Below, one piece after another: positions 8,572 to 19,054 of a stretch of DNA of 43,884 nt. The stretch is from an uncultured bacterium. GTDB lineage: Bacteria; Zixibacteria; MSB-5A5; JAABVY01; JAHJOQ01. Under the pieces are notes generated by a model. The model had not been told where the DNA came from and did no database searches. It worked only from the letters and a program-made list of their open reading frames with translations. The stretch is taken from assembly GCA_965369655.1 (NCBI GenBank), contig CBDUQR010000024.1:1-43884 (forward strand), read 5' to 3'. The position numbers and the translations under genes were made by a program. How positions within the stretch are numbered: position 1 is the first letter of the stretch; the number at the start of each line of letters is the position of its first letter.

Positions 8572-9066
8572 CTAAATATCCATCGCTTCCGAGATCATCT
8601 CTTTTGTAGCATTCGCCGCCGTGACATTGGCCTCGAACGCTCTTGCCGCAACCATCATATTCACCATCTCAGTCACGACATTGATATCCGGCATTGCAAC
8701 ATAGCCATCCGCATCCGCGTCAGGATGAGACGGATCATGTACCATTTTGAATTTGTTCGACCGATCGGCAAGTACTCTGGCGCTTGCTTCAGAAACACTG
8801 AGATTGCCGCTGCTCCGCCGTGCCGATGTCGATTTGTGTCCTGTATGTGTGCGACTGAGCTGCACTCTCGCTCTGCCAAGTTCTCCGGAGAACGTGACGG
8901 AGCGTTCATTCGAGCTGACCAGAACCTGTTTGCGACGATACGGTTTCCCGTCAGGCGTCCGTGTCGTCTCCGCATTGGCGATGTTCTCGGCTGTCGTGTT
9001 CATCTTCATCCTCTGAACCGACATCCCTGATCCCGAGATTTTCAGTGAAGAAAACAGATCACTCAT
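8572..9066 (-). CDS. flgC: Flagellar basal-body rod protein FlgC
   Basis: AENIANAETTRT, PYRRK, DPSHPDA, GYVAMPDINVVTEMVNM, RAFEAN. Confidence 0.97.
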   Translation of the reverse strand: MSDLFSSLKISGSGMSVQRMKMNTTAENIANAETTRTPDGKPYRRKQVLVSSNERSVTFSGELGRARVQLSRTHTGHKSTSARRSSGNLSVSEASARVLADRSNKFKMVHDPSHPDADADGYVAMPDINVVTEMVNMMVAARAFEANVTAANATKEMISEAMDI

Positions 9067-9083
9067 CGCTCTCTCCAGTCATA

Positions 9084-9506
9084 TCAGGCCTTACGTCCAC
9101 GTATGGCTGACCTGATTCCATCAAACTTGTTACCGGCAAGCTTCGCCGCCAATTCGAACAGGAGGCTGTTCTGCGCCAGGTTTCCCATCTCTCGATCAAT
9201 ATCGACGTCATTGACAGCCGTCGAATTCTCACTTGCCTCAGAGACCTTGACCTCCGGCCCTTTGTTTCTCGCTGAACCGACAGGTATATGCCTCGGATGA
9301 GTCACTGCGATCCTCGAATTCTTAGACGCCGTCGCTTTGCGCAACTCCGAATCGAAGTCTATCGATTTGCTGCTGTATCCCGGAGTCGTTACATTGGCGA
9401 TGTTTGACGCAATCAGCTTGTGTCTGAAGGCGGAAAGATCCATCATCCGCTTCAGGGCAGGCAACGATGTTTTGTTCAGTACTGCGTCTTTTACAATATT
9501 ACTCAT
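9084..9506 (-). CDS. flgB: Flagellar basal-body rod protein FlgB
   Basis: ASNIANVTTPGY, THPRHI, NDVDIDREM; start set at ATG 9506 after AGGAG. Confidence 0.95.
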   Translation of the reverse strand: MSNIVKDAVLNKTSLPALKRMMDLSAFRHKLIASNIANVTTPGYSSKSIDFDSELRKATASKNSRIAVTHPRHIPVGSARNKGPEVKVSEASENSTAVNDVDIDREMGNLAQNSLLFELAAKLAGNKFDGIRSAIRGRKA

Positions 9507-9530
9507 GACACTGCTCCTGACCATCACTTC

Positions 9531-9546
9531 GCAATTGCAATGCCAA
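9531..9546 (-). promoter_or_regulatory. sigma54 (-24/-12) promoter of the flgB operon
   Basis: Minus strand TTGGCATTGCAATTGC, exact GG-N10-GC spacing, about 25 bp upstream of the flgB start. Confidence 0.8.
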
Positions 9547-9678
9547 AACGAAACCCACCTGACGCACTATCGCAACCGCATGCAGCGCTGCATCTTATGG
9601 AATCGCACGATATGGGTCTGTGGGCAGAATCTAAGATACAGTGGAAGTTTTTTCCTTGAAGGCGGGATGATATTACAT

Positions 9679-9709
9679 AAAGACAAAGAGGCGACACAGG
9701 TCGCCTCTT
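9679..9709 (-). terminator. Rho-independent terminator after rplQ
   Basis: AAGAGGCGAC-CTGT-GTCGCCTCTT perfect 10-bp stem followed by TGTCTTT. Confidence 0.75.
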
Positions 9710-9736
9710 CCAAGAATATTGAAGTCGTGAAGAACG

Positions 9737-10288
9737 CTACTGATCCGGCTTCTCAGGCTCGTCGGTCTCAGCAGCGTCATCCTGCGAGACATCAGCCTCA
9801 GGCTTTGTCTCAACAGTCTCCTCGGCCACTGTTGCAGACTCGGCTGCCGGTGCCTTCTCTGCCTTTGGTGCGGCCTTCCGTCCGAAGAACTTCTTCTTGC
9901 TCTTCTTCCCGGTCCCCTCCTCCGCAACTTGCTGATCCATTATCAACTCTATTACGACGATCTCTGCACCATCTCCAGACCGAGTACCGACTCGCATGAT
10001 TCTGGAGTAGCCTGAAGTCCTGTTGAGCATCCCAGGCGCGATTTCATCGAAGAGCGTCTTGAGCGTTTCTTTCTGTTTTACCATCTTTGCCGCAAGACGC
10101 CTGGCACTGACAGTGTTCTTCTTCGCCGTAGTAATGAGATCATCGATCACCGGCTTGAGAGCTTTCGCTTTGGACTCGGTCGTCTTTATCCTCTTGTGAG
10201 TAATCAGAGCTGAGACCAGATTCGTCATCAGCGCCCGACGGTGCTCGCTTGGACGCTCCAGCTTGTGTATTTTCTTCCCATGTCGCAT
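9737..10288 (-). CDS. rplQ: 50S ribosomal protein L17 with C-terminal extension
   Basis: MRHG, HRRALMTNL, RIKTTESKAK, GYSRI; after rpoA. Confidence 0.97.
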   Translation of the reverse strand: MRHGKKIHKLERPSEHRRALMTNLVSALITHKRIKTTESKAKALKPVIDDLITTAKKNTVSARRLAAKMVKQKETLKTLFDEIAPGMLNRTSGYSRIMRVGTRSGDGAEIVVIELIMDQQVAEEGTGKKSKKKFFGRKAAPKAEKAPAAESATVAEETVETKPEADVSQDDAAETDEPEKPDQ

Positions 10289-10294
10289 CGTCGG

Positions 10295-11281
10295 TTATTC
10301 CTTCTTCTTCGGTTCCAGAAACTTATCGACATCCATGCCGAACGAAATACCGAGATCTTCGAGGATTCCAGTCAACTCATTGAGCGACTTGCGCCCGAAG
10401 TTGCGGTACTTCAGCATATCGGATTCTGTCTTCCGGACGAGATCCGCAAGAATCTGAATGTTAGCGGCCCTGAGACAGTTCGAGGATCTGACGGATAGTT
10501 CGAGTTCTTCGACGCGAGTCTGGAGCAATTGCCTTATCCTCACAGTCTCTTCGTCCTCAACCTCTTCCTCTTCGACTTCGATCTCCTCTTCAGTGTGGAT
10601 CAGGAGTTGAAGATGGTCCTTGAGAAGTTTCGCTCCAAATCCGACTGCCTCTTCCGGCTCAAGAATACCGTTAGTCGTGACTTCAAGTGTCAACCTGTCA
10701 TAATCCGTCTTCTGGCCGATTCGTGTGTTCTCGACACTGTAGTTGACATTCACAACCGGCGAAAAGAGCGAGTCGACAAAGATAGTACCCTTGGGGGCGT
10801 CGGGACGCTTATTGTGATCCGCAAGAACATAGCTGCGACCAGTGTCAACATCCATCTCAATCTTCAGTGTGACGTCATCGGTCAACTCCACGATGTGCTG
10901 ATCGAGATTCGTGATCTCGATTTCGGAGGGACACTGTATGTCCTTAGCCGAATACTTGCCTTTCCCCTTGCACTCGAGCGTCATGGTCTTCATCTCATCG
11001 GCATCCAGTTTGACCCAGAGATTCTTTATGTTGAGTACGATGTCGGTCACATCCTGATAGACGCCAGGAATGCTGGAGAACTCATGAGGAACGCCTTCGA
11101 TCCTGAGCGATACTACAGCAGCCCCCTGCAGAGATGACAGCAGCACCCGTCGCAGGGCGTTGCCGATCGTATTACCGAATCCGCGCTCCAGAGGCTCCAT
11201 AACGAATCTGCCAAAAAACCGCGGATCTTCCGCATCTTCCCTGATCACCTCTTTAGGCATCTGAAGATTCTTCCATTTCAT
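10295..11281 (-). CDS. rpoA: RNA polymerase alpha subunit
   Basis: EPLERGFG, GNALRRVLLSS, LELSVRSSNCL, RNFGRKSL. Confidence 0.98.
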   Translation of the reverse strand: MKWKNLQMPKEVIREDAEDPRFFGRFVMEPLERGFGNTIGNALRRVLLSSLQGAAVVSLRIEGVPHEFSSIPGVYQDVTDIVLNIKNLWVKLDADEMKTMTLECKGKGKYSAKDIQCPSEIEITNLDQHIVELTDDVTLKIEMDVDTGRSYVLADHNKRPDAPKGTIFVDSLFSPVVNVNYSVENTRIGQKTDYDRLTLEVTTNGILEPEEAVGFGAKLLKDHLQLLIHTEEEIEVEEEEVEDEETVRIRQLLQTRVEELELSVRSSNCLRAANIQILADLVRKTESDMLKYRNFGRKSLNELTGILEDLGISFGMDVDKFLEPKKKE

Positions 11282-11299
11282 GAATCTGCCTCCCTTGCC

Positions 11300-11932
11300 C
11301 TACTTGGAGTAAAGCTCCACGATAAGCTGCTCTGATGCGATCACAGGAATGTCTGCGCGTTTCGGCACCTCAAGCAGTTCACCCTCCAAGGCAGCCTTGT
11401 TCAGGCGGAGCCATGGTATATCAGCCGATCTGTCTGCATCTTTGAGAGCAGAATGAATTATATCGAGGTTCTTTGATTTGTCTCGCACTTGTACAACATC
11501 GCCGGGCTTGAGACTGAAAGACGGGATGTCTACGAGTCTGCTGTTGACCGTGAAATGTCGATGCAGGACCAACTGCCTGGCAGATGCACGAGACGGCGCG
11601 AATCCGAGTCTGTACACGAAGTTGTCGAGTCGTCTCTCGATTAAAGCCAGAAGATTCTCGCCGGTGACGCCCTTGGCGCGTGCGGCCTTCAAATAATAGT
11701 TGTGGAACTGCTTCTCGAGAATGCCGTAGATCCGACGGACTTTCTGCTTTTCGCGCAACTGTGTGCCGTACCCGGAGACTTTCCTTCTGCGCCTCGAGTT
11801 GCCGTGCTGTCCTGGCCCATATTCTCTTCGCTCTATCGAGCATTTCTTGCCATAACACCGGCTGCCCTTCAGAAACAACTTCTCTCCCTCTCGTCTGCAC
11901 TGTTTGCAGACAGGACCAGTGTATCTCGCCAT
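11300..11932 (-). CDS. rpsD: 30S ribosomal protein S4 (Cys/Zn form)
   Basis: [35 protein letters not shown]; start moved to ATG 11932. Confidence 0.98.
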   Translation of the reverse strand: MARYTGPVCKQCRREGEKLFLKGSRCYGKKCSIERREYGPGQHGNSRRRRKVSGYGTQLREKQKVRRIYGILEKQFHNYYLKAARAKGVTGENLLALIERRLDNFVYRLGFAPSRASARQLVLHRHFTVNSRLVDIPSFSLKPGDVVQVRDKSKNLDIIHSALKDADRSADIPWLRLNKAALEGELLEVPKRADIPVIASEQLIVELYSK

Positions 11933-11936
11933 AGAA

Positions 11937-12329
11937 CTAAACTCTCCTTCTCTTTGGTGGACGGCATCCATTGTGCGGAATCGGGGTGACATCCCTGATG
12001 AAAGTAATATCGAGCCCTGCCGCCTGCAGGGATCTGATCGCTGCCTCACGGCCCGATCCGGGACCTTTCACCCAGACTTCCACTTTCCTGACGCCCATGT
12101 CCAGGGCCTCTTTGGCTGTCGACGTGGCTGCAAGCTGTGCCGCGAACGGCGTGCTCTTCTTGGAGCCTTTGAAGCCAGCCTTGCCTGCAGATGCCCACGA
12201 GAGGACATTACCACTGGTATCCGTTATGCAGACAATAGTATTGTTGAACGTCGCCTTGATGTGCGCGATGCCAAGCGCTTCAGCGCGTTTGGCTTTTTTC
12301 TTGGTACGTTTGCGTTTAGGATCCGCCAC
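11937..12329 (-). CDS. rpsK: 30S ribosomal protein S11
   Basis: [31 protein letters not shown]. Confidence 0.98.
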   Translation of the reverse strand: MADPKRKRTKKKAKRAEALGIAHIKATFNNTIVCITDTSGNVLSWASAGKAGFKGSKKSTPFAAQLAATSTAKEALDMGVRKVEVWVKGPGSGREAAIRSLQAAGLDITFIRDVTPIPHNGCRPPKRRRV

Positions 12330-12364
12330 GAAATCTCCTCATATGATATATCGATAATACTCGA

Positions 12365-12748
12365 TCACTTCGGCGATGGAGCTCTCTTCTTTCCACCGAC
12401 AGTCTTCTTCGGACCCTTTCGGGTGCGAGCGTTGGTCTTGGTCCTCTGTCCCCGGAGCGGGAGACCGCGACGATGGCGAAGACCGCGGTACGAACCGATG
12501 TCGATGAGCCGCTTGATATTCATCGCCACTTCGCTCCGCAGTACACCCTCCACCCTGTGCTCCGCCTCGATGACAGCTCGCAGCTTGGCGACGTCCTCAT
12601 CGGAGAGCGAATGCACGCGAGTGTCGGGATTCACTCCGCTTTTCTTCAGTATGGCCCTGGAGGACGTGAGACCAATTCCATAGATATATGTCAAACCTAT
12701 TTCAATCCTCTTGTCTCTGGGCAAATCGACGCCTGCTAAACGAGCCAC
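12365..12748 (-). CDS. rpsM: 30S ribosomal protein S13
   Basis: [29 protein letters not shown]. Confidence 0.98.
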   Translation of the reverse strand: MARLAGVDLPRDKRIEIGLTYIYGIGLTSSRAILKKSGVNPDTRVHSLSDEDVAKLRAVIEAEHRVEGVLRSEVAMNIKRLIDIGSYRGLRHRRGLPLRGQRTKTNARTRKGPKKTVGGKKRAPSPK

Positions 12749-12757
12749 GTTTCCTCC

Positions 12758-12871
12758 TTAGCCCTGTCTCTGCTTGTGACGAGGGTTCTTGCAGATTACC
12801 CTCACGACGCCCTTGCGCCTGATAATCTTGCAGTGCTCACAACGCTTTTTTACAGATGAGCGAACTTTCAT
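12758..12871 (-). CDS. rpmJ: 50S ribosomal protein L36 (not in ORF track)
   Basis: Hand translation [37 protein letters not shown], 37 aa. Confidence 0.97.
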   Translation of the reverse strand: MKVRSSVKKRCEHCKIIRRKGVVRVICKNPRHKQRQG

Positions 12872-12884
12872 ATCGACCTCTAAT

Positions 12885-13103
12885 CTATTTGTAACGGTAC
12901 GTTATCCTGCCTCTGTTCAAATCATACGGGGAAAGTTCTACAGTGACTCTATCCCCGGGGAGAATCTTGATATAGTGCATTCTCATCTTGCCGGAAATAT
13001 GCGCGAGCACTTTGTGCCCGTTTTCCAGCTCGACTCTGAACATCGCGTTCGGTAAAGGTTCAACTACCGTGCCCTCAACCTGAATTGTTTCTTGTTTGGC
13101 CAT
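12885..13103 (-). CDS. infA: Translation initiation factor IF-1
   Basis: [32 protein letters not shown]. Confidence 0.98.
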   Translation of the reverse strand: MAKQETIQVEGTVVEPLPNAMFRVELENGHKVLAHISGKMRMHYIKILPGDRVTVELSPYDLNRGRITYRYK

Positions 13104-13104
13104 A

Positions 13105-13851
13105 TTACAGTGACAAAATCCTTGGTCCGTTATCGGTTATCGCAACGGTGTGTTCAAAATGAGCCGAAAGCGAACCATCGGCCGTAACAACCGTCCATTT
13201 ATCGGGCCTGGTCTTAACCTCGAAACCGCCAGCGTTGACCATCGGTTCAATCGCAATCACCATGCCTGTCTTAAGCAGCACACCTTGTCCGGGAACGCCG
13301 TAGTTCGGGACTTGAGGATCTTCATGCATTTTTCGGCCGATCCCGTGGCCCACGAGGTCTCTCACAACGCTAAACCCAGCTTTCTCTGCAGTCGACTGAA
13401 TCGCGTACGAGATGTCCCCAAGCCTGTTACCGTTTCGAGCCTTGCTGATTCCTTTCTCGAGTGCCTGCTTCGTTACTTCCAGCAATTTCCGGGCTTCATC
13501 GTCGATCTCTCCGATTGCGTATGTTCTCGCAGAGTCGCCGTTGAATCCATCTATGAAACTTCCGATATCGACCGAGACTATCTGACCTTCCCTGACTTTG
13601 CGGTCCTTCGACGGGATTCCGTGAACAACCTCGTCATCAATCGACACACAGATAGACTTGGGATAGTCGTGATACCCAAGAAACGCGGGCTCTGCGCCCT
13701 GCGAACGGATATAACCCTCGGCTATCTCATTAAGTTCCGCAGTCGATATCCCCGGCCTTATCTCCTCTCCGATCAGATCGAGCGTTCTGGCGACAATCTC
13801 TCCCGCCACGCGCATACGCTCTATTTCTTCTTTCGTCTTCAGTTCTATCAT
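13105..13851 (-). CDS. map: Methionine aminopeptidase type I
   Basis: VVHGIP, GDSART, GHGIG..MHEDP, AIEPM, AHFEHT. Confidence 0.97.
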   Translation of the reverse strand: MIELKTKEEIERMRVAGEIVARTLDLIGEEIRPGISTAELNEIAEGYIRSQGAEPAFLGYHDYPKSICVSIDDEVVHGIPSKDRKVREGQIVSVDIGSFIDGFNGDSARTYAIGEIDDEARKLLEVTKQALEKGISKARNGNRLGDISYAIQSTAEKAGFSVVRDLVGHGIGRKMHEDPQVPNYGVPGQGVLLKTGMVIAIEPMVNAGGFEVKTRPDKWTVVTADGSLSAHFEHTVAITDNGPRILSL

Positions 13852-13853
13852 TT

Positions 13854-14498
13854 TCAGCCGATTGCGCTGTCGAGCATCGAGACGAGGTCATTAAAGATCG
13901 CCTCTATGTCCCTCTCTCCGTTGACGCTCTTGAGCAGACTTTGATTCCGATAGTAGTCCTGCAGTGGCTGTGTCTGATCCTTGTAAACTTCCAGTCTGTT
14001 CTTGACAACTTCTTCGGTGTCGTCCCTCCGTTTCGAGAGAGCGATCCCGCACTTGTCGCAGATGCCTTCCCTCTTTGGGAGTTTGCTCGGATAGTTATAG
14101 GTCGCCTGACACGAAGAGCAGAAATACCTTCCGGAAAGACGATTGACAACTTCCTTATCTGACACAGCGAGGTCGAGAACAATATCGATCTTGGAACCCA
14201 TATCTGCAAGCATCGCATCGAGCCCTTCGGCCTGCGGAACCGTCCGAGGAAAACCGTCGAAGAGAATCTTCTCGTCACCTTCGATGCGCTCTCTGATGAG
14301 ACCGAGTATCAGGTCGTCAGGCACCAGATCGCCCGCATCCATGAATGACTTCGCTTTCAATCCGAGCTCGGTTTCATCCTTCACCGCACTGCGAAGAATA
14401 TCTCCGGTCGAGAGATGCACAAGTCCCTTCTTGTCGGCAAGCTTAGCAGCCTGAGTGCCCTTTCCGGACCCCGGTGGACCCAGCATGATTGCCAGCAT
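13854..14498 (-). CDS. adk: Adenylate kinase (Zn-binding LID)
   Basis: GPPGSGKGTQA, STGDILR, DGFPRT, CSSC...CDKC. Confidence 0.97.
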   Translation of the reverse strand: MLAIMLGPPGSGKGTQAAKLADKKGLVHLSTGDILRSAVKDETELGLKAKSFMDAGDLVPDDLILGLIRERIEGDEKILFDGFPRTVPQAEGLDAMLADMGSKIDIVLDLAVSDKEVVNRLSGRYFCSSCQATYNYPSKLPKREGICDKCGIALSKRRDDTEEVVKNRLEVYKDQTQPLQDYYRNQSLLKSVNGERDIEAIFNDLVSMLDSAIG

Positions 14499-15811
14499 TA
14501 CATCGACCTCCCTCTGATACGACCCTTTTTCATGAATCCGTCGTAATGGCGCATAATGAGATGTGATTCCATCTGCTGAAGCGTGTCGAGCGCGACACCG
14601 ACGACAATCAGGATACCCGTTCCACCGAAGTAGAATGTGACCCCTGCAAACCTGATCAGCAGGTTCGGCAGGATCGCGATGATCGCGAAAAAGACAGCAC
14701 CAGGAAGAGTAATCCGTGTCAGCGTTTTGTCAATGTAGTCGGCGGTTCTCTTGCCAGGTCTTATCCCAGGAATGAAACCGCCCTGCTTTTTCATATTGTC
14801 AGCCAGCTCAATCGGATTGATCACAATCGCTGTGTAGAAGAATGCGAAGAAAACAATTACCGTTCCGAAAATCAGGTTATAAGTAACAGCGCTTGGATCG
14901 AAATAGGATGTTATGAGCGTGACAAATTCGTTGTTCGGGAAAAATGTCGCCAATGTCGACGGAGCAAACATGATCGACTGAGCAAAGATAATTGGAATAA
15001 CACCGGCTGTGTTGACACTCAGAGGAAGATGTGTCGACTGGCCGCCGTAGACTTTTCGACCGACTACTCGTTTTGCATATTGAACAGGAATCCTCCGCTG
15101 CGCCCTCGTAACCAGGACGATTGCCGCAACTACGGCTATCAGGAACGCGACGATTATCACCTCGGTCATGATGCCGCGCACACCAGCAAAGAGAAGCTGA
15201 ATCTCGTCGATAACTGCGGGCACGAACTGCGCGATAATACCGATGAAGATTATCAGCGATATGCCATTGCCTATTCCTCGCTCCGTAATCTGTTCACCGA
15301 GCCACATGATGAAAATCGTGCCGGAGGTAAACGTCAGCACTGTCAGAGCGACAAATCCCATGCCGGGGTTAGTGACCACCGAGACTCCCGACTGGAGATT
15401 AATACTCTGCAGGTAGATGGCTGTGCCCCATGCCTGCATAGCTGCGATCACCACCGTCCCGTATCGAGTATACTGCGTGATCTTCTTCCGACCTTCCTCA
15501 CCTTCCTTTTGAAGCTTCTGGAAGTATGGTACGATCGGAGTCAGGAGCTGCATAATGATCGATGCGGAAATGTACGGCATTATGCCGAGCGCGAAGATAG
15601 TCGCCTTCTGAAAGGCGCCGCCGACAAACAAATCATACAGTCCGAAAAGCGTTCCCGCCTGCGACTCGAAGAAGCTCTTGAGCGCAACGGCATCAATGCC
15701 AGGCGTCGGAATATGGCCGCCAAGACGATAAACGATCAGAATAAAGAGAGTGAAGAATATCCTGTTCCTCAACTCCTTGATCTTAAATGCATTTTGAAAA
15801 GACTCGAGCAT
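14498..15811 (-). CDS. secY: Preprotein translocase SecY
   Basis: LGIMPYISASI, WLGEQITERGIGNGISL, IPGIRPG. Confidence 0.98.
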   Translation of the reverse strand: MLESFQNAFKIKELRNRIFFTLFILIVYRLGGHIPTPGIDAVALKSFFESQAGTLFGLYDLFVGGAFQKATIFALGIMPYISASIIMQLLTPIVPYFQKLQKEGEEGRKKITQYTRYGTVVIAAMQAWGTAIYLQSINLQSGVSVVTNPGMGFVALTVLTFTSGTIFIMWLGEQITERGIGNGISLIIFIGIIAQFVPAVIDEIQLLFAGVRGIMTEVIIVAFLIAVVAAIVLVTRAQRRIPVQYAKRVVGRKVYGGQSTHLPLSVNTAGVIPIIFAQSIMFAPSTLATFFPNNEFVTLITSYFDPSAVTYNLIFGTVIVFFAFFYTAIVINPIELADNMKKQGGFIPGIRPGKRTADYIDKTLTRITLPGAVFFAIIAILPNLLIRFAGVTFYFGGTGILIVVGVALDTLQQMESHLIMRHYDGFMKKGRIRGRSM

Positions 15812-16255
15812 TTAGATTGTCTCCACTTTCCCCCCTGCCGCCTCCAGCTTCTCTCTGGCGGACGCACTGAAGGCCTGAGCCATCACAGTGCATGCAACGG
15901 AGATATCACCGTTGCCGAGTATCTTGACAGGCTTATTGAGTGTGCTGATCAGTCCGGTTGATTTCATCTGTTCTGGTCCAATCTCCGCTGGCTCAGCAAA
16001 CTTAGCAGCTATTTGTCCTATGTTCACGACCTGATAACACGTCGGATCCAAGCTCTTGAACCCTCTCTTGGGAAGTCGCCTGTGAAGTGGCATCTGGCCA
16101 CTTTCACGCCAGGGTTTCCTCTTGACGCCGGAACGACTCAGTTGTCCCTTATGCCCGCGGCCACAGGTCTTTCCTTTGCCGCTGCCGGGACCACGTCCGA
16201 CTCGCTTTCGCTTCCTGGTGGAGCCTTTAGGCTTCTCCAAATTACCGAGATCCAT
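15812..16255 (-). CDS. rplO: 50S ribosomal protein L15
   Basis: RVGRGPGSGKGKTCGRGHKGQ, RRLPKRGF. Confidence 0.98.
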   Translation of the reverse strand: MDLGNLEKPKGSTRKRKRVGRGPGSGKGKTCGRGHKGQLSRSGVKRKPWRESGQMPLHRRLPKRGFKSLDPTCYQVVNIGQIAAKFAEPAEIGPEQMKSTGLISTLNKPVKILGNGDISVACTVMAQAFSASAREKLEAAGGKVETI

Positions 16256-16440
16256 CAGGATATCTCCTCAACCTTCAACAGGTGTTGAATTTTCTTCACC
16301 ATGCCTCTTATCTGAGGCGTATCGTTGTGAACTACGGTCTGATGCATCTTTTTGATCCCGAGCGCGCGCAATGTCGCTCCCTGATCCCACCTGCGACCGA
16401 TCGAGCTTCTGGTCTGAGTAATGCTCAACTTCATCGTCAC
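16255..16440 (-). CDS. rpmD: 50S ribosomal protein L30
   Basis: [20 protein letters not shown]; alternative start 16434. Confidence 0.95.
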   Translation of the reverse strand: MTMKLSITQTRSSIGRRWDQGATLRALGIKKMHQTVVHNDTPQIRGMVKKIQHLLKVEEIS

Positions 16441-16946
16441 TCACCCTTTTCGGTCGGCATTCCGCGATACTCGAGCGCTTGCTCTTTTGTCCGAAGAGAT
16501 CTCAGGCCGTTCACCGTTGCCTTGACAACATTGTGAGGATTCGGAGAGCCGAGCGATTTCGTAAGGATATCCTGTATCCCCGCAGCCTCGAGGACTGCCC
16601 TGGCGGCGCCACCGGCAATCACGCCGGTTCCGGGCGATGCCGGCCTCAGCAAAACGCGAGCCGCACCGAATCGTCCGATAACCTTATACGGAATCGTTCC
16701 GCCCTTCATTGCTATCTTGCTCATATTCTTGCGCGCCGCTTCGGTGGCCTTTCGAATCGCATCCGATACTTCCGAAGCTTTGCCAAGACCTACACCAACC
16801 GAGCCCTCACGATCTCCAACCGACACAAGAGCGGTAAAGGAAAACCGCCGTCCGCCCTTCACCACCTTGGCGACGCGGTTCACGTGAATGATTCGCTCTT
16901 CGAGATCGAAGCCGTCAGATTCATACCTGGGTTTATTTTGCCACAT
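16437..16946 (-). CDS. rpsE: 30S ribosomal protein S5
   Basis: [23 protein letters not shown]. Confidence 0.98.
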   Translation of the reverse strand: MWQNKPRYESDGFDLEERIIHVNRVAKVVKGGRRFSFTALVSVGDREGSVGVGLGKASEVSDAIRKATEAARKNMSKIAMKGGTIPYKVIGRFGAARVLLRPASPGTGVIAGGAARAVLEAAGIQDILTKSLGSPNPHNVVKATVNGLRSLRTKEQALEYRGMPTEKGE

Positions 16947-16962
16947 ATTCGATCCTTAAACT

Positions 16963-17346
16963 CTAAAACTGCAGGCCACCCTTGCGGGCACCCTCAGCAA
17001 CGGCCTTGACCCTGCCGTGGTAAAGATACCCGTGCCGGTCAAACGAAACCTTTTCAATTCCCTTCTCTCTGGCAAGCTCGGCTATTCTGAGACCGACCTT
17101 GAAACTCTTTGCGGTCTTGGTATCCTCAGCCCCGAAGGCTTCTCTGAGAACCAAGTCTCTGGTACTCGCTGCAACCAGAGTCACACCCTGGGAGTCATCG
17201 ATCACCTGCGCGTAGATTTCCTTCAGACTCCTGCTCACGCATAACCTCGGCATCTCTGAAGTACCCTTGACCAGCTTGCCCACGCGCATTTTTCTGCGAT
17301 TGCGAGTGCGAACCTTCCGCAAATGTTGTATTCTCAAATCAGACAT
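16963..17346 (-). CDS. rplR: 50S ribosomal protein L18
   Basis: [30 protein letters not shown]. Confidence 0.97.
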   Translation of the reverse strand: MSDLRIQHLRKVRTRNRRKMRVGKLVKGTSEMPRLCVSRSLKEIYAQVIDDSQGVTLVAASTRDLVLREAFGAEDTKTAKSFKVGLRIAELAREKGIEKVSFDRHGYLYHGRVKAVAEGARKGGLQF

Positions 17347-17364
17347 AGCTCAATACCGAACAGC

Positions 17365-17901
17365 TTAGGCAGCGGTCTTGCCGGCTTTCCGCCGAATCTG
17401 CTCGCCTTCGTATTTGATTCCTTTACCCTTATAAGGCTCAGGCCGACGGAAGCTCCTGATCTTTGCCGACACCTCGCCCACCAACTGCTTGTCTATCCCA
17501 TTGACGATGATCTTATTGTTGCCCTCCAGCACAAACTCGATACCCGGAGGAGGAATGACAACAATCGGGTGCGAATAGCCAAGCGCTAACGTTAGATTCT
17601 TGCCCTCAAGCCCGGCGCGATAGCCGACGCCTACGATCTCCAGGGTCTTCTTGAATCCTTCACTGACTCCAAGCACCATGTTATTGATCAACGCCCGAGT
17701 CAGACCATGAAGAGCCTTGTTGGTCTTGCTGTCTGATGGTCTCTCAACCCTGATCTCCGAGTCATCTACAATCACCTTCATCTTGGGATGGTGATCGAGC
17801 TTGAGCGTTCCTTTCGAACCGCTGACCGTCAGGGTCGCCCCCGAAAGTTCCGCCTTGACTTTGTCCGGCAAACTGACCGGAGATTTGCCTACACGAGACA
17901 T
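17365..17901 (-). CDS. rplF: 50S ribosomal protein L6
   Basis: MSRVGK, GVGYRA, PEPYKGKGI; start moved to ATG 17901. Confidence 0.98.
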   Translation of the reverse strand: MSRVGKSPVSLPDKVKAELSGATLTVSGSKGTLKLDHHPKMKVIVDDSEIRVERPSDSKTNKALHGLTRALINNMVLGVSEGFKKTLEIVGVGYRAGLEGKNLTLALGYSHPIVVIPPPGIEFVLEGNNKIIVNGIDKQLVGEVSAKIRSFRRPEPYKGKGIKYEGEQIRRKAGKTAA

Positions 17902-17911
17902 CTTATCTCCT

Positions 17912-18310
17912 TTACCACACCCTGAGAAGGGCTTCTCCACCGACGCCGGCTTTAATCGCCTGTTCGTGGGTCATGATTCCACGAGACGTCGAGAGTACAG
18001 TCGTACCGACCTGGTAGCCGAGTTTTTTTATTTCGTCAACCGTCGCGTACCGGCGTAGACCGGGTTTCGAGACGCGCTCCAGGCCGAGAATGACACTTTC
18101 GTCCTTCTTCGTATACTTGAGAAACACCCGAATCATGCCCTGCTTGCTGTCGGGAACGACAGTAAAATCATGAATAAAACCAAGCTCGTTCAGGATTCGC
18201 GCAATCTCCTTCTTGATATTCGACGACGGAATATCTACGGCCCTGCGCTGCGCCTTGGCGCCGTTCCTGATACGAGTCAGCATATCTGCAATCGGATCTG
18301 TCATGCTCAT
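17912..18310 (-). CDS. rpsH: 30S ribosomal protein S8
   Basis: MTDPIADMLTRIRN, SKPGLR, STSRG, GGE; start moved to 18310. Confidence 0.98.
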   Translation of the reverse strand: MSMTDPIADMLTRIRNGAKAQRRAVDIPSSNIKKEIARILNELGFIHDFTVVPDSKQGMIRVFLKYTKKDESVILGLERVSKPGLRRYATVDEIKKLGYQVGTTVLSTSRGIMTHEQAIKAGVGGEALLRVW

Positions 18311-18321
18311 CTGATAAACTC

Positions 18322-18507
18322 CTACCAACTCGCCTTGACGACACCCGGAATCTCGCCAAACAGAGCGAGTTCGCGGAAGCAAATCCTGCAGATGCCGAAT
18401 CTACGCATATAGCTTCTGGGACGACCGCACCTGCGACAACGGCTGTACGCCCGCACTTTGAATTTTGGTTTCCGCCTCTGCTTCACTATCAAACACTTCT
18501 TCGCCAC
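18322..18507 (-). CDS. rpsN: 30S ribosomal protein S14, short Zn-binding type Z
   Basis: 61 aa, CRRCGR...[15 protein letters not shown]. Confidence 0.97.
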   Translation of the reverse strand: MAKKCLIVKQRRKPKFKVRAYSRCRRCGRPRSYMRRFGICRICFRELALFGEIPGVVKASW

Positions 18508-18508
18508 T

Positions 18509-19054
18509 CTATCCCTTCTTTCTAAACGGCATCCCCATCTCCTTCAGGAGATGAAAAGCTTCCTCGTCTGTCCTGGCCGACGTGACTACAGTGACGCCAA
18601 AGCCTCTGATCTTATCGATCTTATCGTAGTCAATTTCGGGGAATATGATCTGCTCCTTTATTCCGAGAGTGTAGTTTCCCCGTCCATCGAAACCTTCAGG
18701 TGACGATCCGCGAAAGTCCCTGATTCGCGGCATCGCAGCATTCGTCAGGCGATCAAAAAACTCGTACATCCTCTCGCGCCTGAGCGTCACGCATGCTCCG
18801 ATCGGCATGCCTGCCCGCAACTTGAAATTCGAAATCGACTTCTTCGCACGCCGAATCACAGGCTTCTGGCCGGTAATGCGAGTCAGATCACTCACCCCGG
18901 ATTCCAGCGCCTTTGAATTGCTTATGGCCTCGCCAAGTCCCATGTTGACCACGATCTTCACGAGTTTCGGTACCTGCATTATATTCTTGTAACTGAGATC
19001 CTTCCGAAGCTTCGGGACAACTTCATTGTAGTACCTATCTTTCAAGCGCGACAT
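18509..19054 (-). CDS. rplE: 50S ribosomal protein L5
   Basis: [27 protein letters not shown]. Confidence 0.98.
   Translation of the reverse strand: MSRLKDRYYNEVVPKLRKDLSYKNIMQVPKLVKIVVNMGLGEAISNSKALESGVSDLTRITGQKPVIRRAKKSISNFKLRAGMPIGACVTLRRERMYEFFDRLTNAAMPRIRDFRGSSPEGFDGRGNYTLGIKEQIIFPEIDYDKIDKIRGFGVTVVTSARTDEEAFHLLKEMGMPFRKKG

Noticed and set aside
9337-9999. 220-aa plus-strand ORF
   Set aside because: Antisense to flgB and rplQ and crosses a terminator and promoter; shadow frame
11933-12049. Extended N-termini in the ORF track for rpsD (also fliH, rplF, rpsH, rpmC, fusA, tuf, TIR gene)
   Set aside because: Longest-ORF artefacts that overlap upstream genes or ignore the RBS; conserved N-termini and SD motifs indicate the shorter starts
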